A stretch of 63,844 nt of DNA, counting the filler, from Octopus bimaculoides (lineage: Eukaryota): the NCBI RefSeq assembly GCF_001194135.2. It is 4 parts of 4 records of this genome, joined end to end, with 100 filler letters (N's around TTAATTAATTAA, not from the genome) between each part and the next. Parts side by side here need not be neighbours in the genome. Positions count along the whole stretch, not along the records: positions 1 to 18,717 come from NC_069007.1; positions 18,818 to 36,163 come from NC_069005.1; 2 more parts are not named here. One strand, given 5' to 3'. Below the pieces are notes generated by a model. The model did no database searches, had not been told where the DNA came from, and saw only the letters and a program-made list of their open reading frames with translations. The stretch's first letter is position 1; each line of letters opens with the position of its first letter. The translations under genes were made by a program, and so were the position numbers. Shown piece by piece: positions 13,623-26,476 of this stretch.

Positions 13623-14091
13623 AAGATACTATGAGATGTAATGATCCAATGTGATTAAGAAATTGATGATCGAAAGACAGATATAGTGATAGTGAATAAA
13701 GAAGGGACAAGAGCGTGTTCAATCATAGATATTGGTACCTTGGAGATGACAGAGAATCAGAAAGAGAAGAAGAGATGCAGGTCAGATATAAGGATTCGAA
13801 AGAAGGAAATAAAAAATATTCTGGCCATTAAAGAAGGTAAGTGTTGTACCTTGTGTTGTTGGAGTCTTGGGAAGTGTAAGAAGAGAGCTCTTGGGAAATA
13901 TAAGAAGCAAGCTGGATTGGAATGCTAGGAGTCAATATGAAGATAAAGTATGTACGGAGAACAGTGTTACTTAGAACTGCAGAAATCTTCCACAGTGTTC
14001 TTGAAATCTAAAGGGAAAGTGTTATTTTTAGTTCACAAGTTGTGGACAGATCACACTTTGTTACATTCTCCAGCGAAGTTGCACAGTGTTA

Positions 14092-14142
<51 letters not shown>
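13623..14142 (+). mobile_element. 5'-truncated RLE-type LINE (R4/Dong-like) 3' end with (TAA)n tail or target
   Basis: KIL*DVMIQCD*EIDDRKTDIVIVNKEGTRACSIIDI..(fs)..VSVVPCVVGVLGSV..(fs)..RRTVLLRTAEIFHSVLEI* (stop 14009-14011), then an 80-bp UTR and (TAA)n at 14091-14142. This matches the RKPD..D and TVLLGTARILRxVL motifs of RLE domains. Confidence 0.85.
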
Positions 14143-14143
<1 letters not shown>

Positions 14144-14227
14144 TTGTTTATTGTGAGATACACGGTTGCTCTGAAACATTTCTCCATCCATCCACTCTAC
14201 CCCGCATATACATATGTACACATACAA

Positions 14228-14278
<51 letters not shown>

Positions 14279-14611
14279 TGTATATACAAATATGAATACA
14301 TGCACGCGCGTACACACATCCACACAAATAATACATACATATGAATGTGTATATATATATATATACGTACATACATACGTATACGCACATATATAAATGT
14401 GTGTATATACGTGCATGTATATATACTTGTGTGCATGTGTCTGGTAGTATGTATATATGTATATATGTATATATGTATATATGTATATATGTATATATGT
14501 ATATATGTATTTACATACATATTCAGATAAATTTATGGACAGTATCGTAAACGGCAAAGGAAAATATAGAGAACAAACATGGAGGCCAACATACTGACAA
14601 CACATAACTAC

Positions 14612-14650
<39 letters not shown>

Positions 14651-15318
14651 AACATATATACATACATGCACGTATGCATATATACAAACATACATACATA
14701 CATACCTGCACACAATTATACATATGTATATATACACACACACACATAAGCATACATACATGCACACAAACATATATACATACATATATGCATGTATATA
14801 TATATACACATATACATATATACAAACATCACACACAGCCATATACATATATACAAACATACACACATGTATACATGCATGCACACAAACATACATGGAT
14901 ATGTATATATATATATATATATACACACACCCGTTTATGCATACAGTTATACATGCACACAGGACATACAGGCAGACATACAGACGGACCAATAGGCACA
15001 AACTATGCTTTGTAAATAAAACAGCAATGCCAAGACAAAAGATAAGAGCAACAACACGAACGCAAATAAAAACAGAAGCAACGGCACTAACAACAACGAA
15101 AACCACAACAACAACAGCAACAACAATAACAACAGGAACAACAACAACGTCACCAATATGACGGACAAAAATATAATAAAATTGCGAAGACATAAAACGA
15201 AGAAGGACAATAATGGCCGGAGTTATATAGAGATGAGCTGTTAGTTTATGATGTGAAATTACAGTCTTTAACTGGCATTGTACGTAATTTATGGTTTCTC
15301 GTATTTGTTTTAAGGGTA

Positions 15319-15410
15319 AGGTGGCGAACCAGCAGATCCATCAGCGCGTCGGACAAAATAATTCGTGGTATTTCCTCCGACTTAACGATCTGAGTTCAAA
15401 TTCCGCCTGG
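15319..15410 (+). mobile_element. SINE family B, 5' fragment
   Basis: GGTGGCGAACCAGCAGA..AGCGCGTCGGACAAAAT..CTGAGTTCAAATTCCGCC matches the B head. Confidence 0.7.
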
Positions 15411-17394
15411 TATTGCAACATCTGTTTTCTTTACTTCTTTTCCATCTTTATGGATGAGCACGATATTTGGTCGTCTCGCCTCCATGACTTGGCCGCACTG
15501 CATGTTTGTGTGTATAGGTGGCAAAATAAGAACCACAACGTTATGGATTATTGAGTGCATGCTTGCATGTTTGTGCATTTTGACTATGGCCATGCTGGAG
15601 CTCACACATATATTGATGTGTAAACACATAGATACATATATTCGTATATTAATCTATACATACACACGCGTACACACTCATATATATGTATGCTTGTATA
15701 CATATGTACGTACAAACATATTGGTATATATGTAATGCATGGATATTGGATAATTTTATGCAGACATTTATACACACACACACACACACACACTCATATT
15801 TATGTATATATAGGTAAATAAATGCTTATATTAAGATATATATGTATTTATATTAATACATATANNNNNNNNNNNNNNNNNNNNNNNNNNNNNNNNNNNN
15901 NNNNNNNNNNNNNNNNNNNNNNNNNNNNNNNNNNNNNNNNNNNNNNNNNNNNNNNNNNNNNNNNNNNNNNNNNNNNNNNNNNNNNNNNNNNNNNNNNNNN
16001 NNNNNNNNNNNNNNNNNNNNNNNNNNNNNNNNNNNNNNNNNNNNNNNNNNNNNNNNNNNNNNNNNNNNNNNNNNNNNNNNNNNNNNNNNNNNNNNNNNNN
16101 NNNNNNNNNNNNNNNNNNNNNNNNNNNNNNNNNNNNNNNNNNNNNNNNNNNNNNNNNNNNNNNNNNNNNNNNNNNNNNNNNNNNNNNNNNNNNNNNNNNN
16201 NNNNNNNNNNNNNNNNNNNNNNNNNNNNNNNNNNNNNNNNNNNNNNNNNNNNNNNNNNNNNNNNNNNNNNNNNNNNNNNNNNNNNNNNNNNNNNNNNNNN
16301 NNNNNNNNNNNNNNNNNNNNNNNNNNNNNNNNNNNNNNNNNNNNNNNNNNNNNNNNNNNNNNNNNNNNNNNNNNNNNNNNNNNNNNNNNNNNNNNNNNNN
16401 NNNNNNNNNNNNNNNNNNNNNNNNNNNNNNNNNNNNNNNNNNNNNNNNNNNTATATATATATATATATATATATATGCATAAATGTATGTGTATATGTAA
16501 GTATATACTCTTTTTATAAATATTCTATTATTCTAAACGATAATATAGATTTGATTACAAAGCTTTTAAGTGTGTTTAATTGTATTGTGTGAAGGTAACG
16601 GCAGAACGGTATTAATGCAGGAATGCGTGCTTAGAAGATGTAAGAACTTTCTTCATAATAACCCTTTCAAATGTTTAATTGATCTAATGTGTTTGATTAA
16701 ACATTGGCGGATAACAAAAAATTGTCTTGAGAAAAGCCACTCAAATTCAACGCGAGTTTCCTTGAAGATTTATAAAAAGAAGCATTAGAAAGTTCCCAAA
16801 GTGAATATCCATTAAACTAGAACATCAATTTTGCATGAATACGGTGAGATTATTTTTGTTTTTATTCGTAGAAGTCTTTACAAAACGATTTATAATTATG
16901 ACAAACTGGAGATACGAAAATCCACAAGGATATGTTGGAGGTGAAGTGTGTGCGTGTGTGTGTGATAGAGAAGGAATTTAATACAATGTCGTTTAGAATT
17001 ATGAATTTTTGCTTAGAACATGTGATGCAGAAACAAACGAACTGGAAGAACTGTACTGATAACTTTAAAAATGAACGACGCCTTTTAAGTTTTTAATTTT
17101 TTAAAATTTACTGAGTTGAGTATTATTTTTTTAATTATTAAGCGTCCTCTTTTCGAACGCACGAAAAAATTGCAGCGAGGCTGCGTGATAGTGTTGTCAG
17201 ATGTGGCATTCCGACAATCATATAACTTGTTTGACGTTGTGTTTTTATTCTTCTCTTACGTTTTATTTTGACATAGACATTTCATTTTTATTTTGACATG
17301 CGCATTGCCTTATCATTATTCTCTTCCGTTTTACGAATTCAGTGTGCACGTGCGTATTGCATGTTCATACTTTCTTTTCTGGTTTCTATTCAAG

Positions 17395-17433
17395 ACTGTT
17401 TACAGATCACAACCGTCTCATGAACATGCGTCC
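17395..17433 (+). other. Candidate 39-nt micro-exon
   Basis: Pyrimidine-rich tract ending TTCAAG| and |GTGAGT donor; open in two phases (e.g. LFTDHNRLMNMR). Confidence 0.15.
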
Positions 17434-17646
17434 GTGAGTAGCGCGAAGCACTCCCTATGGTTGTGAAAAAAATGTGTAATTTTATAGGGCCAAAATTTCA
17501 TACAAAATTACTCGCAAACGATATAATTCGATAGAAGCCGAAGTTAGACCGAAACAGGTGAGGTTATAAAAACATATTTTCACAAAAAAAGTCTAATGTT
17601 ACAGGGTCAAAATTTTACACGAAACATCTGAAGTTCTTCAGCTCTA

Positions 17647-17681
<35 letters not shown>

Positions 17682-17989
17682 TTAAATATTTTTAAATAGC
17701 ATTCTATTGACTACACGGAAATTCCCTCTCTTTATCTCTGACAAGTAGATTTATTATCTAATAATGATTATCAAATTTAGATTCCATTTCTGAGGGTAAT
17801 ACATTCACGAAACGATCGTAGGATATATTATATTTTCAAACGTTTTAAATAATCATACTTTATAAATTTATACATCAATCTATTAATACAATATTATTTT
17901 GGACGTATATCTTCTTTGATGATTTTTTGATGTAATTTTCCTGCACTTATTTTGTAATATAATATATAATCGCTCTTATTAAATGTCTA

Positions 17990-18434
17990 AATAGTAGTAG
18001 TAGTAGTAGTGGTGGTGATGTAGGTGATGGTGATAGTAGTTGTGGCGATGTAGGTGGTAGTGGTAGTAGTAGTGGTGGAGGAGAAGGTGGTAGTAGTAGT
18101 TGTGATGTAGGTGGTGGTGGTAGTAATAGTAGTAGTGGTAGTGGAGGTAGTAGTAGTAGTAGTGGCGGTCGTGGTGGTGGTGGTTGTAGTAGTTGTGATG
18201 TAGGTGGTTGTGATAGTAGTAGTAGTGGTGGTGGAGGTGGTAGTGGTGGTTGTAGTAGTGGTGGTGGAGGCGGTGGAAGTAATAGTCGTAGTAGTGGTGG
18301 TGGTGGTTGTAGTGGCCATGGTAGTAGTAGTGGTAGTAGTGGCGGTGTTGGTAATGATGGTGGTAGTGGAGATAGTTGTAACGGTAGTGGTGGTAGTAGT
18401 AGTAGTACTAGTAGTAGTAAAGCAGCAGCAACAA

Positions 18435-18514
<80 letters not shown>

Positions 18515-18540
18515 ATTGTGGTGGTGGTAGTGCTGGTGGG
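17990..18540. repeat. Long degenerate (AGT/GGT)n triplet array with a recurring GATGTAGGT sub-motif
   Basis: Direct reading; produces the 223-aa and 219-aa low-complexity minus-strand ORFs. Confidence 0.9.
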
Positions 18541-18614
18541 AGGTGAGGTGGAATACGGAGAGGGGGGCGTTTTCATTTGGTCCTCCATTCTTCCTTTTCT
18601 GCTGCCGGTTCCAG

Positions 18615-18706
18615 CCAATGGCGAATTCTCGCTGGAAGACAGCCACAGCAGCAGAACATCGTTTAATGAGCTTTTGGCGAAGGAATGGTGGGAAGAGGGA
18701 GATATA
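18615..18706 (+). CDS. Candidate internal exon (xNGEFSLEDSHSSRTSFNELLAKEWWEEGDI)
   Basis: Pyrimidine-rich tract ending CCAG|, a 92-nt GC-balanced open frame, and an |GTGAGC donor; no family recognised. Confidence 0.25.
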
Positions 18707-18761
18707 GTGAGCCAGGANNNNNNNNNNNNNNNNNNNNNNNNNNNNNNNNNNNNNNNNNNNN

Positions 18762-18773
18762 TTAATTAATTAA
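18762..18773. other. Artificial scaffolding spacer (44N-TTAATTAATTAA-44N)
   Basis: An identical 100-bp construct occurs at 18718-18817, 36164-36263 and 62629-62728; the 12-mer places stop codons in all six frames. Confidence 0.9.
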
Positions 18774-18854
18774 NNNNNNNNNNNNNNNNNNNNNNNNNNN
18801 NNNNNNNNNNNNNNNNNCTCCCCCTCCTCCTGAATATAGTTTTTTTCTCTGTAA

Positions 18855-19230
18855 GCGCTGGCTGTGTGGTAAATAAGCTTGCTTCCCAACCACATGGTTT
18901 CGGGTTCAGTCTCACTGCGTGCCACTTTGGACAAGTGTCGTCTACTATAGCATCGGGCCGACCAAAGCTTTGTGAGTGGATCTGGTAGACGGAAATTGAA
19001 CGAAGCCCGTCGTATATATATGTGTGTGTGTGTGTTTGTGTCTATGTTTTCTCCCCCATCGCTTGACTACCGATGTTGGTGTGTTTACGTTCTCGTAATT
19101 TAGCGGTTTGACAACAGACTGATAGAATAGGTACCAGGCTTACAAAGAATACATCCCAAAGTCGATTTCTTCGACTAAAAGGCGGTGCTCCAGCATGGCT
19201 CCAGTCAAATGACTGAAACAAGTAAAATAA
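18855..19230 (+). mobile_element. SINE family A, full-length copy with internal (TA)/(TG) tract
   Basis: tRNA-like head (TGGCTGTGTGG A-box, GGTTCAGTC B-box-like), body, internal microsatellite at about 19013-19040, and tail ending GACTGAAACAAGTAAAA. Confidence 0.92.
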
Positions 19231-19405
19231 TAATACTTTTAGCTATGTTTTTAGTTGAGGTGTGCCGCCGAATTTTGGAAATAATATAAGAGTGCCGCTA
19301 GTGGAAAAAAAAAAGGTTGCGGCGCACTGGTCTAGATAGACAGAGAGATTGATAGATAGATAGATAGATAGAGAAATAGAGAAAGCGAAATAGGCAGATA
19401 GATTA

Positions 19406-19462
<57 letters not shown>

Positions 19463-19927
19463 GAAAGAGAACAAGAGAGTAATTTTTGTGAGTGAGTGGA
19501 TGTTTTCATCTCGTTCAAATTTCAATGGCTTCCTCGCCTCCCCCTCACTACTGATAAAATTATCTTAAATCTCCCATGAAAAAAAAAACCCCCAAATACA
19601 CACTCCCCAAAAGAAAATAAGAAAACAAAAACCCAAACAAAAACAAAAATATTTTAAACCTTAGGTGTAAAAACGTAATTTGATACAATTTGCTGTTAAC
19701 TCCATAAGGGTATCTAAAGTATTTTAATTATCTGTTTAATTAATGCAGTAATTAACGCAATTTTAATTAATATTGCTCAGTGTAATCACGTGTACTGCAA
19801 TGCATTTGTAAATTTGAAGATTCGTTATTTTTTTGTTTTTGTTTTATATCAAAACATATGTAACCCACAGCTACGGGTTCTTAGACGTTTGCTGTAGCGT
19901 GGTGGGCTTAATTCGTCGCCTTGTTTA

Positions 19928-20205
19928 ACACCATTACCCACCACCTGCTTCTTGGTGTCTTTGGCAGAGTCCACTGTGTTGCATGGCAACATCACTTTTC
20001 GTACCTTTAGAAGAGTCTATTCTGTTGCAAGCAATCACCATCACAACTTGGTCCTTGGCTATCTTTAGCAGAGTCCATTCTGTTGCATGGGAACACCACC
20101 TTGTGGTTCTTTGGTACCTTCAGTTGAGCCCATTCTGTTACAAGCAAACACCATCTTGTGGTCTGTGGCAATATTTTGCAAAGCTCATTCCGTTGCAAGC
20201 ATTCG
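19928..20205. repeat. Minisatellite, about 55-bp unit, 5 diverged copies
   Basis: Anchor (A)GAGTCCATTCTGTTGCA at about 19966, 20012, 20070, 20125 and 20180. Confidence 0.85.
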
Positions 20206-20416
20206 AGTTAGATTTCTGGTTTAGGGATATCTGCTTTCCTTCCACCCACTCGTTTTGGAGGCCCCGTAAAGGGTCACGGGCCCTGCCTTACCCCATCACT
20301 CACAAATTAAAAAATAAAAATATATTACAAAAATGGTCACCGGTACTAAAAATATTTTCCGTTTCTTGTTAGAAAGTCTGGCGGCAACCTGCAACAACAC
20401 AGTAAAATGGCTGCTT

Positions 20417-20550
20417 AATTTTCATCGTCTCCGCCCTGATACTCCATGACAAAAGAACTCACTAATTTTCACTCTACTGCCCTAATACTCTCCTATGTGA
20501 GTACTCACGCAATTTTCACTGCCCTGCTACTTTATGATAGAAGTACTGGC
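20417..20550. repeat. Minisatellite, 47-bp unit, 3 diverged copies
   Basis: AATTTTCA..GCCCT..TAC anchors at 20417, 20464 and 20511. Confidence 0.75.
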
Positions 20551-20880
20551 TTATTTTCCCAATTCCCACTTCACTGCGTCCCTGTCATTTTTTTCTCGCC
20601 CCTCCTTAATTTTTTTATCCCTTTGCCTCTACCTCTCTCTCTCTTCTCTTCCCACGTGACCGGCGTTCGGCCAAGCCTGATCTTTCTTTCTTGGCTGGCC
20701 GATGTCCGTGCAACATCGATATTCCTCCCTGTGCCTGTGAAATCTTGTATCCCTGCTGTAAGGCTTTATTTCCACACACGCCAGCATAATTTAATTCATC
20801 CTTAGTCGAAAGATATCTGTTGCTATGTACTGTTATTATTCTTTCTGTATTTGTGTAACCTTATTCGTTTTTTTCCTGAA

Positions 20881-21024
20881 AATGGGGGAAGGGACTAGTC
20901 GATTACTTGATTTATCGACTCCGAAAGGATAAACGTCAAAGTCGACCTCGGCGTCATTTGAACTCAGACGACATACCGTTAAGCATTTCGCCCGGCGTGC
21001 TAACCATTCTGCCAGTTCGCCGTC
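20881..21024 (-). mobile_element. SINE family B copy
   Basis: Reverse complement of the B consensus (GTCGACCTCGGCG..TTTGAACTCAGA..GCATTTCGCCCGGCGTGCTAAC). Confidence 0.88.
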
Positions 21025-21404
21025 TTCCAATACTTTCATAATAATACTGCCGGTTCTGATACTCTGTGAAGGAGATATTCAGGTTCCAGATATCTTTTGA
21101 AGTATTTCTTGCCTGGCCTACCACAAAAACTGGCCCAAAATAGACTCCATAAGAAAATACATCTTTCGTACAAAACGAAGACCGATAAGTTCCTTTCTCT
21201 CTTTCTTTTACTCTATCTTTCTCCCTCTGTACGTACGTACGTATGTACGTATGTACGTACGTACGTATGTATGTATGTACGTATGTATGTATGTATGTAT
21301 GTATGTACGCCATTGCATGTTTATAAATATAAATATAAATATAAATATAATATATATGTACATATATAAACATACGCAGAGGGATAGCTATTTATCTCTT
21401 TTTT

Positions 21405-21410
21405 CTTTTC

Positions 21411-21489
<79 letters not shown>

Positions 21490-21490
21490 G
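21405..21490. repeat. (TTTC)n microsatellite
   Basis: Direct reading. Confidence 0.95.
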
Positions 21491-21601
21491 TTTCTTTGTT
21501 TCTCTCTCCCTCTCTCTGTCCCTTTCTCCCTGTACACATTATTTGTATGTTTGTACATGTGTAAGAGAGAGTATTCACATTCATATATGTATGATCCCCC
21601 C

Positions 21602-21644
<43 letters not shown>

Positions 21645-21928
21645 TGCAGAGTATATTCTTCTCCGTGTCTTCATCTCCAGTAGGTTTTCATTGTATTATT
21701 TTGTTGTTTTGACAATCAGATAATAACTGCAGAGAATGTTGGAATATTTATAGCGAAGGAATCTAAACATTCCTCTCTTTGGCTGAATGGAACCTCACTA
21801 CAATAGGAACCACACACACACATCCACACCTACACACACACCAACACACACATATATATATGCGTGTGTGTATGCATATATGTATATTTATATCTATATA
21901 TATTTGCATATGTGCATATATAGATGTA

Positions 21929-21968
<40 letters not shown>

Positions 21969-22733
21969 CACACGCACACACGCACATATACGTATACTTA
22001 TGTGTGTGTATGTGTGTAATGTGTACTCCTTCTCAAATCCACATTCAGTTTGAAAACGAGCACGCACATACGTACATAAGTACACACATACACACATTCA
22101 TGTACAAGTGCGTATACTTATATAAACATAAATTCACACGCAATTTTTTTCTAACACACGTTTATACTCACACATATATATTCATGCACATACTCATATA
22201 GCCATATATACACTTGCATTCACGTTTATACACAAGTACGCGTTCCCGCAAAATACGCATATATTCGTATATATATATTCGTATATATATATATACATAT
22301 CTTTCTCTCCGTTGTAGCTGGAACAAGGAAGACGTGTTCTTGTCTGTCTCCTGTCCAAGCTTGATTCACGCGTTCGCCACCACAACCTCGTTTAGGCTTG
22401 TTTTCACTGTCCTGTTAGTGTTACCAATTTTGACCCTCCGCAAAAATCCCAAATTTTATTTAATTTGCTTTCCGGGAGCAACTGTTTTATAGAAAGCATA
22501 TATTGTTGTTAAATGATCGAAATACGAGAGTAGAAAAACAGCCAACAACTGATGAAGGGTCGTTCTTTATGTTGTTTGTCTTGTTTTCCATTTGTGTCTT
22601 TCGTTGTTCGAAAAAGTAGTTCATATTCCATCTACTCATACTTCGTATTTTTTTGTAACGTTTCGTGATGTCCTGTGCTGATATATGCAAATATATATAC
22701 GTATAGATGTATGTACATAAACGTATGTATATA

Positions 22734-22775
<42 letters not shown>

Positions 22776-22901
22776 AAAAGAGTTCCAACTCTGTTTTTTA
22801 TGTTTTATTTATATTCTTATAAAATTAATGGGGGATATAGAATATGGAATATATAATACAAATAGTAAAATGAAACGAAGTATTGAATGTCTTATTGAAT
22901 A

Positions 22902-23044
22902 GGGGCTAGTATACTTTCCTGCTTCATAGAAAGGATGAACGAAAAAGTTGACTTATGTGGAATTTGAACTCAGAACGTAGCGGGAGACGAAATACCGTTA
23001 AGCATTTCGCCTGGCGTACTAATGATTCCGCTAGCTCGCTGCCT
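22902..23044 (-). mobile_element. SINE family B copy, internally deleted
   Basis: GGAATTTGAACTCAGAACGTAGCGG.AGACGAAATACCGTTAAGCATTTCGCC. Confidence 0.85.
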
Positions 23045-23527
23045 CAACAATATTAATGATAACATCGCTGCCTTATCCTGCCAGCCTCCGTAATAAGACA
23101 AATATATTTCAACAAAATTACCGGGATTTGAACTCGAAATTTAAAAACTTACAACGATATACCACAAAGGGAACTTATTCGACGCTTTAACATAATCTTT
23201 CGCTAAATCAACGACTGTAATAAGACACATGGATTAACAAATGTTCCGAATATTCTTGATGCAGAAGAGAAGTCATATGTTGAGATATTCTTGCTTCTGG
23301 CTGGTAATTCGTAGGCGTTAGAATTAAGTGAAGCAGTAATACCAAGAGAGTAATAAATATTTTATCAACGAGACTGATGAATAAATTGAATACAGAATTT
23401 GTAAGGAGATGAACCAATAACTTAGAGCCAATGTTTAATGGAGTTAACTACAATGGAACAATGGAGATGATATTTGCAGCTTGGTGTTGCCTCTAGAGAC
23501 GTTGCTCTCTGTCTATTTCATCTTCGG

Positions 23528-23528
<1 letters not shown>

Positions 23529-23599
<71 letters not shown>

Positions 23600-23676
23600 G
23601 TCTGTCTGTCTATCTGCCTGCNNNNNNNNNNNNNNNNNNNNNNNNNNNNNNNNNNNNNNNNNNNNNNNNNNNNNNC

Positions 23677-23746
<70 letters not shown>

Positions 23747-23769
23747 GTCTGTCTGTCTGTCTGTCTGTC

Positions 23770-23829
<60 letters not shown>

Positions 23830-23830
23830 A
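23529..23830. repeat. (TATC)n/(TGTC)n microsatellite
   Basis: Direct reading; interrupted by a gap. Confidence 0.95.
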
Positions 23831-25810
23831 TGTGTGTGTATGCGTATGTCTGTGTGTGTATGTGTATGCGTGTGTTGTAGGGAAATCATTGACTGACAAT
23901 CTCGCATATGTTTTGCGTTTAGTTAAGACTCTGAACCATGTTCATCGTTTATTCGTAGCTGAAGAGAAATATACCTGCCTGCCTGCCCGCCCGCCTGTCT
24001 GTCCATCTGTCTCTCCGTTCGTTTGTCATTATCTCCTCTTTCTCTCTCCTTCTAACACACACACACACACACCCTTAGACATGTATGTGTATGTATATAC
24101 ATTCGTGAGTGCGTGTGTGTGTGAGTTTGTGCATGCATGAGTATGAGTGTAGACATACAAACACATACACACAGTTACAGAGGTGTATGTGTGCGTCTCT
24201 GTGTGCGTGTCTTGTCAAATCTGCGAGTTCCAATAACGAGTTTGATAGTTTCCAGATTTTGCAAGAACAAATGTCCTAAGGGGCCTCCAGATATCGACTT
24301 ATAACACCGACATTCACATCTTCCAAGAAGTTTCGATATCAGCTTTAGCTGGTATTGGCACTAGATTCTACAAGAGAAGAATATTTCGATATTAGAAAAC
24401 AGAAAAACACCAGATATGGCAGTAAAATTTTGCATAGTAGATCATATCTGTGTGTGTGTGTGTGTCTGTGTATGTATATATGTATATATATGTCTATATA
24501 TATATATATATATATATACATATATNNNNNNNNNNNNNNNNNNNNNNNNNNNNNNNNNNNNNNNNNNNNNNNNNNNNNNNNNNNNNNNNNNNNNNNNNNN
24601 NNNNNNNNNNNNNNNNNNNNNNNNNNNNNNNNNNNNNNNNNNNNNNNNNNNNNNNNNNNNNNNNNNNNNNNNNNNNNNNNNNNNNNNNNNNNNNNNNNNN
24701 NNNNNNNNNNNNNNNNNNNNNNNNNNNNNNNNNNNNNNNNNNNNNNNNNNNNNNNNNNNNNNNNNNNNNNNNNNNNNNNNNNNNNNNNNNNNNNNNNNNN
24801 NNNNNNNNNNNNNATATATATATATATATATACATATACATGCACATAAAAATATATACATACATATATACAGGTATATGTATAGATATAAAAAATACAT
24901 ATATACTTATATATTATATATTATATGTATAAATAGTATGCGTACATATATTTATATACACACACATGTATATATATTATATATACATACGTACAAATAT
25001 ATGTGTGTGTGTGTGTTTATATATATGTATATATGCATAAATGTATGCATTGACATAAATAGCCAGATCGACAAATAAATAGCGAAACAAACAAACAAAC
25101 AAATAAATATAGATTATGAGATATTGTTATGTATTAAAAGCATAAATCTTGACATACATCAATGTATTCCAAGATCCATTGCTTCATACAGATGACGTTT
25201 GACTTCTATCCCGCACGCGCGCATTCCACGCAGGCACACGCGCACACTGGCACTCACACGCGCGCACGCATAAATGGAGGCTTTTAGATATTTGCTCACA
25301 GCATACGTATGTACGCTCGCGTATGCGTAGTTACATGCATACGCGTGCACGCGACTTCATACGTCCATTTATTCGTAGGCATGTATATGTACGTGTGTGT
25401 ATACGTGTGTGTGTGTGTGTGTGTGTTTGTGCGTGTGTGTGCATGTGCGTGTGTGTACGTGTTCGTGCAGGTGTACACATTTGTGCATACACCCATACAC
25501 ACGCATATATATATATATATATATAAGTTCCGCACACACACACACGCACACATGCACACATGGTCATATCCATGCATGCATAGGTATATGTATGCATATA
25601 TATGGCATACATGTGTGTGTGTGTGTGTATATATATATGTATATATATACACACACATACACATGTATATGTATACATATTTATACATATATATATATAT
25701 AAATACATACATACATATATATATATATACGCACACGCACACATGTACACACATACATAGATTTTCATGCATATATGTATATATATGTGTGCGTGTACGT
25801 GTAAATATAA

Positions 25811-25843
<33 letters not shown>

Positions 25844-25952
25844 GATATACGTACACAGGTGTTCGCATATAGATACTTACGCAGCCGATATTGGGAAAAG
25901 CATAACGATATAGAATTTTTGAAAGAATAGATTCTTGCGCATGCGCTTATCT

Positions 25953-26007
<55 letters not shown>

Positions 26008-26476
26008 TCCCCCACCCCTATCCCCACAGACATATGTACACCTGTGCATACACACACATACACATTCATATATTACCATACACAAAGCTTATATTTGGTT
26101 ATATAACCGTGTGTGTCCGTATGACTGTGCGTGCGCGCGCGTATGTGCATGTGTGTGTGTGTGTGTGTGTGCTATTGTTCCATGAATCTCGTTTTAAGAA
26201 TTCTTCGTTCGTAAATGCTGTCAATGAACGGAAATTCTTCAAGAAACAGAATTGCTACGAATTTACCCTGCGTACAATTGGCTATGGTAGCGCCACCTGT
26301 GTGTCGTCTCGAACAATGTAGCATTCTTTATGAAACAAATGGAAATGGTTCTTTTTCGAGATCGCTCTGATGGTACGTACATCAGGCTTCCGTATCTTAT
26401 GGCCTGAGCATAAGACCAAAGACGAGATTTGGTGGACATATCCCTATCATTTCTACTATTGTTGCTCAAAGTAAAG

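Noticed and set aside
17947-18646. 223-aa Pro/Leu-rich and 219-aa Thr-rich minus-strand ORFs (mucin- or extensin-like)
   Set aside because: All minus frames of an (ACT/ACC)n array are stop-free by construction; there are no splice or start signals or domain features.
26333-26474. Trp/Tyr-rich open frame (…GFRILWPEHKTKDEIWWTYPY…)
   Set aside because: Poor acceptor and no recognised homology.
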